NCBI GenBank assembly: GCA_030390025.1 | Contig: CM059432.1 | Location: forward strand, 29,142,001 to 29,206,000 | Reading direction: 5' to 3' | Origin: Squalus acanthias | Taxonomy: Eukaryota | Length of the DNA: 64,000 nt | Shown here: piece by piece, positions 47,191 to 61,619 of the stretch | Layout of the letters: each line of letters starts with the position of its first letter | Numbering within the stretch: position 1 is the first letter of the stretch | Translations under genes and position numbers: made by a program | Notes under the pieces: model-generated | Databases searched by the model: none | What the model saw: the letters and a program-made list of their open reading frames with translations, nothing else | What the model was told of the DNA's origin: nothing

Positions 47191-48145
47191 ATGAGAGAAC
47201 AGGAGATGTGTTGCTGTTGCAATATCTGTGAGCTTGTGAGCATTTTTGTCCAGGGCGACTACATCTGCGGTAAGTGTCTGCGGCTCGAGGAACTTCGGCT
47301 CCGAGTTGAGGAGCTGGAGTCCGAGCTGCAGACATTGCGAGACATCAGGGAGGGAGAAAGTTACCTAGACCTTTTACTCCAGGAGGCAGCCACACCCCTT
47401 AGATTAAATACTTTAGAATTGACACGTGGTCAGGGACAGGAGATTGTGACTGCGAGTGAGGCATGTACGGGGATCCAGGAGGTAGTATTGCAGGAGCCTC
47501 AGTCCCCGCACTTGTCCAATAGATTTGAGGTTCTAGCAACCCTTGTGGACCAGTGCGGGGACTGCGGGGAGGACAAGCAAACTGACCACAGCACCATGGT
47601 ACAGGAAGCCGTTCAAGTGGGGGGGAGTAAAAAGGAAGGTGGTTGTAGTAGGTGACAGTATAGTTAGAGGGATAGACACTGTTCTCTGCAGCCAGGAGTG
47701 TGAGTCCCGAAGGCTATGTTGTCTACCCAGTGCCAGGGTAAAGGACATCTCCTCCGGGCTGGAGAAGAACTTGGAGTGGGAGGGGGAGGATCCAGTTGTC
47801 GTGGTCCACGTAGGTACCAACGACATAGGTAGGACAAAGAAAGAGGTTCTGCTGAGAGAGTTTGAGCAGCGAGGGACTAAATTAAAAAGCAGAACCACAA
47901 AGGTCATAATCTCTGGATTAATACCGGAGCCATGAACAAATTGGCATAGGGTTAATAAGATCAGGGCGATGAATGTGTGGCTCAAAGATTGGTGTGGGAG
48001 AAGTGGGTTTCGATTCATGGGGCACTGGCACCAGTACTGGGGAAAGAGAGAGCTGTTCCGTTGGGACGGACTACACCTAAACCATGCTGGGACCAGAGTT
48101 CTAGGGAATCGAATAACTAGGGAGGTAGATAGGGCTTTAAACTAA
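47191..48145 (+). pseudogene. CR1 ORF1 (Cys finger, leucine zipper, SGNH esterase), frameshifted
   Basis: YICGKCLRLEELRLRVEELESEL; VVVVGDSIVRG; VHVGTNDIG. Confidence 0.85.
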
Positions 48146-48379
48146 ATAAGGGGGGGAGGGTCCCAGTAGAGAGAAATCTAGAATGCTAAAGAGAAAAGAC
48201 AAGAAAGCAGTGCAGGAAAGTGACTGGGGTAAGGATAACCAGATTGTGTCAGGAAGGGACAGAGCGTACAAACAGAGGAGTGTACTAACAAATAGGGTCC
48301 GGGTAAGAAATAATGGTAATTAAGACTAACAGGGCCATAGTACAAAAAAATGTTAAGATGTCTAAAAATGTTAAAAAGA

Positions 48380-51170
48380 CAAATCTAAAGGCACTATATC
48401 TGAATGCATGAAGCATTCGTAATAAGGTAGACGAATTAACAGCACAAATAGATGTAAACGGATATGATATAATTGCAATTACGGAGACATGGCTGCAGGG
48501 TGACCAAGGCTGGGAGCTGAATATCCAAGGATATTTGATATTTAGGAAGGACAGGTGAAAAGGAAAAGGAGGTGGGGTGGCCTTGTTAGTAAAGGATGAA
48601 ATCAGAGCAATAGTGAGAAAGGATATTGGCTCAGAAAATCAAGATGTAGAATCAGTCTGGGTGGAACTAAGAAGCACCAAGTGGCAGAAAACATTAGTGG
48701 GAGTTGTCTACAGGCCTCCAAACAGTAGTGGTAATGTAGGGGATGGCATCAAACAGGAAATTAGAGATGCATGTAACAAGGGTACTACAGTAATCATGGG
48801 TGACTTTAATCTACATATAGATTGGCCAAACCAAATTAGCAATAATACTGTGGAGGGTGAATTCCTGGAGTGTGTATGAGATAGTTTTTTAGACCAGTAT
48901 GTTGAGGAGCCAACTAGGGAACAGGCTATCCTAGATTGGGTATTGTGCAATGAGAAGGGGTTAAGTAATAATCTTGTTGTGCGGGGTCCTTTAGGGAAGA
49001 GTGACCATAACATGATAGAATTCTTCATTAAAATGGAAAGTGAAGAAGCCCAATCCGAAACTAGGGTCCTAAATCTAAACAAAGGAAACTACGATGGTAT
49101 GAGGAGTGAGTTGGCTATGATAGATTGGGGAGCTTCATTAAAAGGCATGACAGTGGAATGAATGCATGAATTGCAACAGTTATAGATTCCTTTCTGGCAC
49201 AAGAACACAAAAGGAAAAGTGGCCCAACCATAGCTAACAAAAGAAATTAAGGATAGTATTAGATCCAAAGAGGAGTCATATAAAGTTGCCAGTAAAAGTA
49301 GCAAGCCTGAGGATTGGGAGCAGTTTAGAGTTCAGCAAAAAAGGACCAAGAGATTGATTAAGAGGGGAAAAATAGAGTATGAGAGTAAACTTGCAAGGAA
49401 CATAAAAGCGGATTGTAAAAGCTTCTACAAGTATGTAAATAGAAAAAGATTAGTGAAGACAAATGTAGGTCCCTTACAGTCAGAAATGGGAGAATTTATA
49501 ATGGAGAACAAAAAAATGGCTGAGCAATTAAACAAATACTTTGGTTCTGTCTTCACGGAAGAGGACACAAATAACTTCCCAGAAATGCTAGGGAACCAAG
49601 GGTCTAGTGAGAAGGAGGAATTAAAGGAAATTAGTATGAGTAAAAAAATAGTGCTGGAGAAATTAATGGGACTGAAAGCTGATAAATCCTCAGGGCCTGA
49701 TAATCTGCATCCCAGAGTACTAAAAGAGGTAGCCATGGAAATAGTGGATGCATTGGTTGTCATCTTCCAAAATTCTATAGATTATGGAACAGTTCCTGCA
49801 GATTGGAGGGTGGCAAATGTAATCCCACTATTTAAAAAAGGAGGGCAAGAGAAAACAGGGAACTATCGACCGGTTAGCCTAACATCAATAGTAGGAAAAA
49901 TGCTAGAGTCTATTATAAAGGATGTGATAACAGGACACTTAGAAAATATCAACGGGATTAGACAAAGTCAACATGGATTTATGAAAGGGAAATCGTGTTT
50001 GACAACCCTACTGGAGTTTTTTGAGGATGTAACTGGTAGAATAGATAAGGGAGAACCAGTGGATGTGGTGTATTTGGATTTTCAGAAGGCCTTTGATAAA
50101 GTCCCACATAAGAGGTTAGTGTGCAAAATTAAAGCACATGGGATTGGGGGTAATATACTGGCATGGATTGAAAATTGGTTAACAGACAGGAAACAGAGAG
50201 TAGGAATAAATGGGTCTTTTTCGGGGTGGCAGGCGGTGACTAGTGGGGTACCACAGGGATCAGTGCTTGGGTCCCAGCTATTCACAATATATATCAATGA
50301 TTTGGATGAGGGAACCAAATGTAGTATTTTCAAGTTTGCCGACGACACGAAACTAGGTGGGATTGTGAGTTGTGAGGAGGATGCAAAGAGGCTTCAAGGC
50401 GATTTAGACAAGTTGAGTGAGTGGGCAAATACATGGCAGAAGCAGTATAACGTGGATAAATTTGAAGTTATCCACTTCGGTAGGAAAAACAGAAAGCTAG
50501 AGTATTATTTAAATGGTGATAGATTGGGATATGCTGATATACAAAGGGACCTGGGTGTCCTTGTACACCAGTCACTGAAAGCAAACACGCAGGTGCAGCA
50601 AGCAGTTAGGAAGGCAAATGGTATGTTGGCCTTTATTGCAAGAGGATTTGAGAACAGGAGCAAGGATGTCTTACTACAGTTGTACAGGGCCTTGGTGAGA
50701 CCACACCTGGAGTACTGTGTGCAGTTTTGGTCTCCTTACCTAAGAAAGGATATACTTGCCATAGAGGGAGTGCAGCGAAGGTTCACCAGACTGATTCCTG
50801 GGATGGCAGGACTGTCGTATGAGGAGAGATTGGGTCGACTAGGCCTGTATTCACTAGAGTTTAGAAGAAGAGAGGGGATCTCATTGAAATGTATAAAATT
50901 CTGACAGGGCTAGACAGACTGGATGCAGAGAGGATGTTTCCCCTGGCTGGGGGGTTGAGAACGAGGTGTCACAGTCTCAGGATACGGGGTAGGACATTTA
51001 GGACTGAGATGAAGAGAAATTTCTTCACTCAGAGGGTGGTGAACCTTTGGAATTCTCTACCACAGAAGGCTGTGGAGGCCAAGTCACTGAATATATTTAA
51101 GAAGGAGATAGATAGATTTCTAGACACAAAAGGCATCAAGGGGTATGGGGAGAGAGTGGGAAGATAGTAT
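48380..51170 (+). pseudogene. CR1 ORF2 (APE endonuclease and reverse transcriptase), with stops and frameshifts; 516-aa open RT stretch at 49354..50904
   Basis: [33 protein letters not shown] and FADD motifs. Confidence 0.92.
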
Positions 51171-51272
51171 TGAGATAGAGGATCAGCCATGATCATATTG
51201 AATGGCAGAGCAGGCTCGAAGGGCTGAATGGCCAACTCCTGCTCCTATTTTTCTATTTTTCTATGTTTCTAA

Positions 51273-53610
51273 GATGCTGTTACAGCACTGGAATGGGATG
51301 GTGTACTTGAGGGTTCAAAGATAGAATCTATTTGGTTCAAATTAAGGAACAATAGAGGAGCTGTTACGTTGTTGAGTGTATACTATAGGCCCCAGGAAGG
51401 AGATAGAGGAGCATATTTCAGGCAAATTTCAGAAATATGGAAGAACTATAGAGTAGTGATAATAGGGCACTTCAATTCTAATATAGACTGGAAAAATAGT
51501 GTAATGGACAAAGAGGGGGAGGAATTTCTGAAATGTGTACGAGAACCTACTTGATCAGTATGTTTCCAGCCTAATGAGGAAGGAAGCAGTGCTGGATCTG
51601 GTTCTGGAGAATTAAGTGGGGCAAATGGAGTATGTTTCAGTGGGGGAGCATTTGAGAAACAGTGATCATAATATCATAGGCTTAGAGTAGTTATGGAATA
51701 GGACAAAGAACAACCAATTGTGAAAATACTCAACTGGAGGAGGGCTAATGTCAGTGAGTTGAAAAGGGATCTGACCCAGATGGTTTGGAACCAAGAATTG
51801 GCAGTAAATGAGCAATGGGAGATCTTCAAAGAGGAGATAGTTTGGTTACAGACTAGTTACATTCCCATGAAGAGGAAAGAAAGGTAATCCAAAGCTAGAG
51901 CTCCCTGGATGATTAAAGATATAGAGATTAAAATGAATCAGAAAAAGGAGGCTTATGAAAAATGTCAGCCTCATAATACAGTAGAGAACCAAGCTGAATA
52001 CAGAAAGTACAGAGGAGAACTGAAAAAGGAAATAAGAGGGGCAAAAGGAGTGTATGAGAATAGATTAGATGGTAATGTAAAAGGGAACCCAAAAAGTTTA
52101 TTATAAACATATAGCAGAAGGATAGCCAAAGTAAGAGGGGGACTACAACAACAACAACTTGCATTTATATAACGCCTTTAATGTAGTAAAACATCCCAAG
52201 GCGCTTCACAGGAACGTTATCAAACAAAATTTGATACCAAGCCACATAAAGAGATATTAGGACGGGTGACCAAAAGCTTGGTCAAAGAGATAGGTTTTAA
52301 GCTGCATCTTATTGGGAGTGAGAGAGTAGAGAGGGGTAGATGTTTAGGGAGAGAATTTCAAATCTTAGAGCCTAGGCAGCTGAAGGCACAGCCGCCAATG
52401 GTGGGGCGGTTAAAATAGGGTTGCGCAGGAGGCCAGAATTCGAGCAGCTTAGAGATTTCAGAGGAGGTAACAGAGATATGGAGGGGCGAGGCCATGAAGG
52501 GATTTGAAAACAAGAATGAGAATTTTAAAATTGAGGAGTTGCCAGACCGGAAGCCAATGTAGGTCAGTGAGCACAGAGGGAATGGGTGAAAGGGACTTGT
52601 TGTGAGTTAGAGACTGATTAGGGATCAAAAAGGAGATCTTCTTGTGGAGGCAGAGGGCATGGCTGAGGTATTAAATGAATACTTTGCATCTGTCTTCACT
52701 AAAGAGGAGGATGCTGTCAATGTCATAGTAAAGGATGAGGTAGTAGATAAATTGGATAGGATAAAAATAGATAAGGAGGAGGTACTTAAAAGGTTGGCAG
52801 CACTCAAAGTAGAAAACTCACCCGGTCCAGATGGGATGCATCCTAGGTTACTGAGCGAAGTATGGGTGGAGAGAGCAGAGGCTCTGGTGACAATCTTCTA
52901 ATCCTCCTTAGATATGGGAGCCTTGTCAGAGGACTGGAGGATTGCAAATGTTACACCCCTGTTCAAAAAAGCGGAGAGGGATAAACCCGACATCTACAGG
53001 TCAGTCAGCCTAACACCGGAGGTGGGGAAACTTTTAGAGACAGTAATCCGAGACAGAATTAATTGTCACTTGCAAAAATATGGGTTAATAAATGAAAGCC
53101 AACATGGATTTGTCAATGGCAAATCGTGTTTGATTAACTTGATTGAGCTCTTTGATGAAGGTTGATGAAGGTAGTACGATTTCAGAGTGGAGGGAAGTTG
53201 TTCTCCTTGGAGCAAAGAAGGTTAAGAGGAGATTTAATAGAGGTTTTCACAATCATGAAGGATTTTGATTGAGTAAATAAAGACAAACTTTTTCCAGTTG
53301 CAGAAGAATCTGTAACCAGAGGACAGAAATTTAAGGTAATTGGCAAAAGAACCAGAGGTGAGATAAGAAGAATTTTTTCCCACAGCACGTTATTATGATC
53401 TGGAATGCATTGCCTGAAAGGATGATGGAAGCAGGTTCAATTAGAACTTTCAAAAAGGGAATTGAATGAATACTTGAAGGAGAAAAATTTGCAAGGCCTT
53501 GTGGAAAGGGCAGGGGAGTGGGACTAATTAGATAGCACTTTCAATGAGCAACCACAGGCACGATGGGCCAAATGGCCTCCTTCTGTGCTGTATTATCCTA
53601 TGATTCTATT
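51273..53610 (+). mobile_element. Older CR1 body with an L2 3' fragment (about 52145-52610, minus) inside
   Basis: SPGPDGMHPRLL and QHGFVNGKSCLINL translations. Confidence 0.8.
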
Positions 53611-56600
53611 TTTTTTTGCTATTGTTTCCTCAATTTTCTCTCCTTCTCCTGAATGCATTGCTTCATACTGGGCTATGCTTCTATAGCACTGGATACCACC
53701 TGATACCTCATACCCATTCTTCATGTATGAGCTTAAACAATTATTGTCAGAGGCTGTTCAACCATATGGCGTATCACAGACGACTGGCTCGATATAGTCC
53801 AGTCAAAATTACCCCCATTGCCTCTTAAAATATGTTCCCACCGTGTTTAAGTTAATACTGTTGGAGTTAGAGTTGTGAATTGCTTTTAGGGTCAGTGTTT
53901 CTGTGGGGATGGTCTTCTGACCCGAGGTACAAGTGCCAATGTCAATGTCCACATTTTCCTGTGGGTTTCTGTCTTTTATTCTTTACAGCTCCAGAGCGAT
54001 GCTGACAGACTCTGACAGGTAAATAGGTCGACTCTGTCAGCGCTCTTCAGGCTCAGGACTGAGTGGCGGAGAGACAAGAGGAAATATTAAACCTGATTCA
54101 CAAGCTGGTTACGCTGTTAAAGACGTTCAAGGAAAGTGGGAGGGAAAGAGGAAGGGAGAAGAGAATGAAGATTGGATTAGAAGAGGCAAGGCTGGTAAAA
54201 AGGCACTAACAGCTCTGAATAGAGCAGAGCACCCATGCCTGCCAACACAATTACACTTCAAAAAGGAACATTGCAGACTACTCACTTAGACAAATATTTT
54301 CACTGTCGGCTCTCAGGGATGTGCAGAAAGAGCCACTCAAAACCTCTTCTGCTGGATTAGTTCACTGTCACAGACATGGGCTTCTGAAGGATTTCAAATC
54401 ATTACCACAGAACTGCACACACAAAAAATTCACTTCATTCCACTGAAAGTGGTTCCAACAATGATTTGTCAGCATTACAGTCCCTTCATGTTAAGAGAAT
54501 AACATCTTTGGAGGCTATAAGCGTCATTGTGAATAAATTCTTCTCACCTCGGGGAACTGGGTTTAAATCCAGTCTGTATGGTACAGGGGCTTAGAAAGTC
54601 TCTCACTTCTCCCCTCCATGTCTAGATATTGTTACAGGACAGGTGGGGTAAGGGTCCTCAGTTAAATGAGCAGCGGATCGTCTCTGTGAATCCCTCTCAC
54701 TCCCCTCTCCATAAAGAAAATGTCATTTAAATTGAATAAAATAATACTTGCATTTATATAGCACCTTATCTCAACAAAGCATCTCAAAGTGCTTCAGACC
54801 ATGAATCACTTTTGGAGTGGAATGACTGCGGATATTCTGCTCATAGCAAAGTCCCACAAACACAAATGCGATAATTGACCAGATAATCCAAATTTGCTGC
54901 TGTTGGTTTAGGGAGGAATGTTGGCCAGGACACCAGGTGACCTCCCTACTCTTCTTCCAACAGTATCATGGGAACTTTAACATCCATCCAAACAGGCAGA
55001 CGGTGCTTTTGTTTAACATCTCATTTGATGGATAATACCTCCAACAAGTCCCTCTGGAGCATCAGCCAAAGTGGACATTGATTGGCACTAATTTAGCCAT
55101 CGGTATGTGAGACGGTGATAAAGGGGATGAGCAAAGCCATTCTCACACCAAAGGTTGCACCGTCAGCTCAGCGGAGTAACACCTGTGAGAGCAGCTGGAG
55201 CTTCCTCATGGGCTACATTTGTTGCACTGACTTCTTGAGAGCAGAAAGTTTGTAATGTTTTAAATGAAGGTAAAGCACTATGATATTCTTTGATGACTTT
55301 CAAGGGTCCCCCTGCTTTCAGAAATGACACGCAACAATTGCAGCCTGTGTAAAAAAATTTAACGGACGCAAATTGGGCAGGCCACGATAAGGGCACACTA
55401 ACCTCTGCACCTGATATTCCACAGTGTCCCCAGTCCACCAATCTCTACACTGGGAGTGCTGAGCCTTGGCTCAGAGATAGCACTCTTGCCTCTGAGTCGG
55501 ACCTTGTGGGTTCAAGCCCCACTCCAGAGACTTGAGCACACATTCTAGGCTGATGCTTCAGTGCAGTATTGAGGGTGCGGTGCCATCTTTCGATTAAACT
55601 AATAGCTTGTCTGCCATCTCAGGTGGATGTAAAAGGTCCCACAGCACTATCCAAAGAAGAAGGTGACTTCTACCGTTGTCCTGGCCAACATTTATCCATC
55701 ACCCAAGGTTACTAAAAAACAGATTATGAGGTCATTATCTCATTGCTGTTTACGGGAGCTTGCTGTGCGCAATTAGCAGCCGCATTTCCTATATTATAAC
55801 GGTGACTGCACTTCAAAAGTACTTAATTGGCTGTAAAGTGCTTTGGAACTTTCTGAGGTCGTGAAAATTCTTTCCTTTCTTTAATTCAGAAAATCTACAA
55901 CATGCCTTTAAATTCCAACTGTTCTTAAAAAGAGACCTTGCAGGACCATGCCAAATATTGTCTCCCCCATTCAGCCTGCATCCACCTCACCTGCTAAACA
56001 GAGCTCTCAGTTATGTGTGTTGTAGTACTATCTAAGCCTGCTCACCTATCTATATATACTTGTGTCTATGTATATGTGCAGGCTGTGTGATTCAACATCT
56101 ATCATGACTCATCTAGATATGTGGAATCTACACAAGTAGACACATGTACCCTGACCATTTAGAAATATATATTTTGTAGATGACAATACATTTAACAATA
56201 AGTAGACTTGAAGGTGCAATAGTCATGTACTACTTCACAAGAGTTAAAATGACAACCCCACCAAGCCAAACAAAAATATTACACAAAGGGAACTTGAAAA
56301 ACATGGATGTAAAAAATTACTTCTGCCCAAATGCTCCATCCTTAAAATGTCTTAATCTGTCACAAATATACATGTATACATTTTTCTAAGATGTATTTAA
56401 CTTTATTTCCCACTTCCACCATATTTTTCCCCATCTCTCCTGAAGGCACTGACCTATCTTTGTAACCTCCTCCAGCCCTACAACCCTCTGAGAACACTGC
56501 ACTCCTCCAACTTTGGCCTCTAGAGCATCCCCCACTTCCTTTGCCACACCATTGGTGTCCATGCCTTCAGCTGTCTAGACCCTAAGCTCTGGAAATCCCT

Positions 56601-58151
56601 CCCAAACTTCTTCTCCTCTCTACATCTCTCTCCTCCTTTATAACACTGCTTAAAACCTACCTCCTTGTCACCTCTCCTAATGTCTCCTTCTTTGGCTCAG
56701 TGTCAATTTTTGTCTGATTATGCTCCTGTGAAGCGTCTTCGGACATTTTACGACATTAAAGGCGCTATATAAATGCAAATTGTTGTTGTTCTTATGATGG
56801 TGTAGGCCACCCATCAGTATCTTGCCCAAGTGGCCATTCTTTCTGTGTCAATATAGACAGTGCCTGTTGACAGCCTGGTTGATACCATATCTGAGTCCTG
56901 TGCTGTCTCCGCCCATTGTCCATGTACATGCATGCTCCAGCAGAAGTAACTGAGTAGCAATCAGGAGCAACAACACAGGCTCTTTTTTCCCATTCCTAGC
57001 TCTGAATTAAATTAAAATTCTAATCCTAATAAAAATCCTAAACCGTAACCCCAATTATCCTATTCCCAACACCCATCCTGCCCCACCCTCAAGAGCTGCC
57101 CTAAACCCAGCCCGGACAGCTAAGACTGCACCCTTAACAATAGTTTTGGCAGTTACCTTAACCCCATCTTTACCCTATCCTATTCTACCAGCCTTAACAG
57201 CTACTCTAATCCAGGAATTCACTCTAATTTTACCACTAGTTCAACAGCTACTTTAACACCTATTTCCAGCATTAATACTTACATGAATTCCATCCTTTGT
57301 TGCAAAGTAATAACAGCCACCAGCCTTTACCTTCTCCTTAACTACCCTGACCTCAACTATTGCCCGAGCCTGATAAACAATTTTTAATTTCAATTCCATA
57401 TTTATCCTTAATACTTAAACCCAGCGTTTACTGTAACCTTAACACTTAACGTAACCCAACCCATTTACTCAGTACCCTTAATACAAAATGCCATTTGCAC
57501 GTTCATATATAGTAAATGATACAGCACAGAAAGAGGGCATTCGGCCCATCATGCCTGTGACGGACCCGTAACACTTACCCTAACTTGCATGTTTACTGTA
57601 ACCCGACCCATTTACTCATTACCCTTAACTCCTAATGGCATTTACACATTCAAACATCACCCGTAACACTTACCCCAACCTACATATTTAATGTAGCCTT
57701 AACATTTAACCTAACCCCATCCTTAACACCATATACACATCATCCATTACACTAACCTAAGCCCACTTACACATCATCCTTAACACCTAATCTAACCCCA
57801 GTTTAACATCACCCTTAACACTTATCCTAACCTTAGTTCCAACCCAAAACCAATAAACCATCATCTCAAATTACACTTACTGTAATACTTACTGAGTATT
57901 TAATATATTTAACCTAACAGCACCTTCTACCTTGTCCTCAACTCCGCAGTTCATGTGAGACCTGCTCTAATTGCAGATTTTATCTTCATCTCATTATCTT
58001 GAAATTAAGACTGATTACACAGTCTCCTAGCCTAACTCACTCTTCCCCTTCTGCCTCAGTCTTCTCTCCTACAATCTTTAGGCTTTTAAACCATAATCTT
58101 GTCACCATCTAATTGCTACTCTCTTCAACCTTGGTGGTGTCCTGCACTATG

Positions 58152-58984
58152 GGGGTTGATTTTGCCAATGGGGAGCTTCAGGAGGCGGGACTCCCACGTG
58201 TCGGGTTTTAGTCCTGCCTCTATCGACTTTTGGCCAACCCACGCTATTTTCCCTTGATTGACCTTGTTAAGCCCGCCCAGCGGGCTTAGCAGGCCAATTA
58301 AGAGAAAGCCGGTTACTGGTGACGTCAGCGAGTGATGTTTCATCTGTCAAGAGCTTTTGACAGATGAAATGTCAGCGTTTGACAGCTCTGTGAAGCTGTC
58401 AAACACTGACAATCTGTCTTCTAAGTTGAGTCTTTACTCAAGACTCAATTAGAAAGCCTTCCTGAGCAGAAAGCAGAAGGCTGATGCATTTGAGAATGCA
58501 GCAGCCATTCTGCTTTCTCTGCCAGTGACATGAGGGACTCCTGAGACCTGAAGGGATGAAGCCTGGAGGAAGAAGCAAAGGTAAGTAAAGTTTTTAAAAC
58601 ACTCAACACTCACCTCACATACTTACCTCTGCACACATGCACCCATCACTCACCTGCACACCGGACATCTCGGCCCCTCCGACCCCCGCAGACTCATGGC
58701 TCGCCTCGCTGACCCTGGCGAGGTTCAGAGCCGTCGGGAAGCCCACACTTTAGGTGGCAAAATAGGGATTATCCAAAAAACTGCCTGTTAACTACCTGTT
58801 AACAGGCAGTTAATTGGCACTAATCCCCTTCCCGCCTCGAGGAGGCGGCTCCCAGCGCGGGTCGGGTACCTGCCTCCTGGGAAGATGGCACATAGGTGGG
58901 ATGGGTACCCGCCCCCAGATTCTGCCATTTTCCCGGCAGTCCCGCCTCCATACCCGCCTCCCCAGGGCTGGCAAAATTGCCCCC
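58152..58984. mobile_element. Harbinger-like MITE
   Basis: Imperfect TIRs GGGGTTGATTTTGCC / GGCAAAATTGCCCCC; 3-bp ATG on both sides. Confidence 0.6.
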
Positions 58985-60286
58985 ATGGACATTGGACCCT
59001 TACCTAGACCTCTCTAGAAAAAGAAACTCGACTGTAATCCCAAACCTATCTAGTCCAATACTAATGTGTAGCCCTTATTCTGGGCACTAGGACCTCCTGT
59101 GACTAGAAGGGTTCCTGTCATCCTCTCCAAAGTAATGGTTATCTCCATTCTCCACAAATGACCCAAATAAAGTTTTGAAAGTCAAGCTATTATCAAGGAC
59201 AGTTTATGTGAACTAAAAGCATTTGTGCTTTTGTTTAGTGTCTGGTATTTTTGAAGCCCACGGCTTCAAGTTTGCTGACAGATCTATTTTTTTTTTGCAG
59301 CTTGTCACATTACAGTGCAGCTGTCAGTTCCTGCCCCTCCCCCAGGGGAAGTGTCTTGGAACCTATATGGAAAGGTATCTCCGTGAGCCCATCTTTCTTC
59401 CTTCTGCTCCTCCTCTGCTGTCACTTTAATCGATAGTACTTGTGGCACAAATGTCCCAAACTAACTTGACCCTCCCAGTGATGTATTATTTACAAGCAGT
59501 TCATATTCTTATACCACAGGTCTCAATCAAATGTCTTTCAGGGGCTTCTTGAAGGATAATTCTGAAACATTCGCTCTCCTGCCTCTAATGAACTGTTTGA
59601 TAGTGTCACATACCTCAACCAAGTGAGTCAGTCTTAAAGGGGCATTATATTCTTGGAAAGTGTTTATTTTTGCAGGGGGTGGGTAGTAGGAAAAGGATGT
59701 GAACCAAAGAAAAACATGCATTATTTTCATCACGATGATATAATTTCCAACTGATATGATGATGCCTTTCAGCCCGTGTTACACTGTCAGGCAAACAAAT
59801 AACAAAAGGTAAATAATTTTTTCTGAAGCCAGTCCCCCTTTACGATGCTATGTTTTTAAACTTGAGAAACCCAGGTAAAGGACCACAGTCGGCAGTGAAG
59901 AAAACCACAAAGATTGAAAGAAATGAAAGAGAAGACCAGGTAAATCAGGAAGTAGCGATAAAGATGACTGCCAAGCTTGAGCTTTAAAAGCCTGAAGATT
60001 ATAGGAGGACAAAAATGTTGAGGGAGGTGAGGAGTGCCACAGTTTTGAGGTTGTGGGAACGAATGAGTCAGAGTACAAGATAGCACAACGGGTCTTGATT
60101 CCTATACAGTGGAGACACAGAGAGGAGGGTGAATGTGTAGACTACCTATTTAGATCCGTAGGATGAACAAGGGAAGAAAGTTAAGAGTAGGCAAGTGCTA
60201 GAAGAGACTCCCAAAATATGGGAGCAGTATTCAAGGCTTGGTTGGACATAACTCTGTAGAAAGGTCAAGTGTTGAGGAAAAATATA

Positions 60287-61619
60287 GGGCTAGAAATTTG
60301 GGGCGGTAACTGTTGAAATTTTGAAAAATTAGCGCCAGGCACTAATGATGGTTAGGTTTCAGTAAATTGGCTGTTAGTGCTCCAGGAAAGACCTGGAGTG
60401 CTAAATCAAGCGCTAATGACCTCAGTAGGGTGCTACAGGGGCGCTACCAGCAGAGCGATAAGGTATTACAGGTGCATTACAATCGGTAATGATCGTTCAC
60501 AGTGGTTCCTTCCAGCTCTTAAAGGGGAGGTTGCATCATTGTGCAGATGCTCATTATCATCAGCATTGCTGGCTGTGAAGGCGACCTGCAACCAACTCAA
60601 TGCCCTGATCGTATTGGCTGCTCCCACTCCCAGGCAGAGAGCTCGTCATTTCATGGAGGAGGCATTGGTCGCGGGAGTGGAGCGAAGGAGGGTAGTGCTG
60701 TTCCCGACCACTGGAAGGAGGCTATTGCCCCAGGTCTTCAGGGCAATGTGGAGGGAAGTGGCCCAGGAGGTCTCGGCCAGTAGTGTGGTCGTACGCAGCC
60801 TGACACAGTGCCAGAAGAAACTTACTCGGGTGGTCAGGGTGAGTACATGCTTCAACAGGTCCTACATACCAGCATCTGAACCTCAGTCTGTACACGCTGC
60901 ACAAAGCACCACACCGCCACCTCTCACCCACCAAGCATCTGCACCTAATCAAACTCACATTCACATCTCATGCCTTTTCTACAATTACAGCTTTTCAACT
61001 ATGGCACGCATATCTCCCAAACACAAAGCTGGACTCTGACTCACACACATTCATTTCTCTTGCAGGCAAAGATGGCCCACAATAGGAGGGAGCAGCAGAG
61101 AACAGGCGGGGTGATGCGCAGCTCCAGCAGCTTTCAGACCTGGAGGAGCAAGTGATGAGAGTCATTGGGCAGCAGGTGGTGGGCGTCGTGGCCGTCGGCG
61201 ATGTTGACCCCCTTGGCGGCAACAACGGTATGGTCATCCCCTCTCCTTCTCTCATTCCACTTCCCCCTCACACCACAATCCTTTCTCACTTTCCAGCTCT
61301 TGATAATGTCTGCATTCCTTGCTCCATTCCTGCCCCCCTGTCCTCACCTTAACATGAGTCTTGTGCCTTTATGCTTTCAGAGAATCAGCAACCAGATGAC
61401 CAGCCTGTCCCGGAGCCTCCCAGTGAGAGTGAGGCGGGAGAAGAGGAGGAGGAAGAATGCACCGCGTCACTGCATATCTCACCTGCAGGCACCACCTCAG
61501 ATACTGGCAATACCCGATGTTTAGAGGCAAGTTTAGTAGAGGGGTCTGCACTGGGTGATGCACCAGGGATCAGCGGGCTGCAGCAAGGCCAAGGAAAAAG
61601 GGTAGCTCAGGAGCCAGCT
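60287..61619 (+). mobile_element. PIF/Harbinger transposon left part with a decayed multi-exon Myb/SANT-like gene
   Basis: TIR GGGCTAGAAATT resembles the 29298 element; translation ALVAGVERRRVVLF...WREVAQEVSA...RSLTQCQKK; GT-AG introns; next exon AKMAHNRREQQRTGG. Confidence 0.75.

Larger units (their letters stand above)
46461..51272 (+). mobile_element. Near full-length CR1 LINE (5' UTR, ORF1, ORF2, tail) inserted in an older CR1
   Basis: ORF1 zinc finger/zipper and esterase; ORF2 endonuclease and RT; 3' tail; flanks rejoin as a CR1 endonuclease region. Confidence 0.9.
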
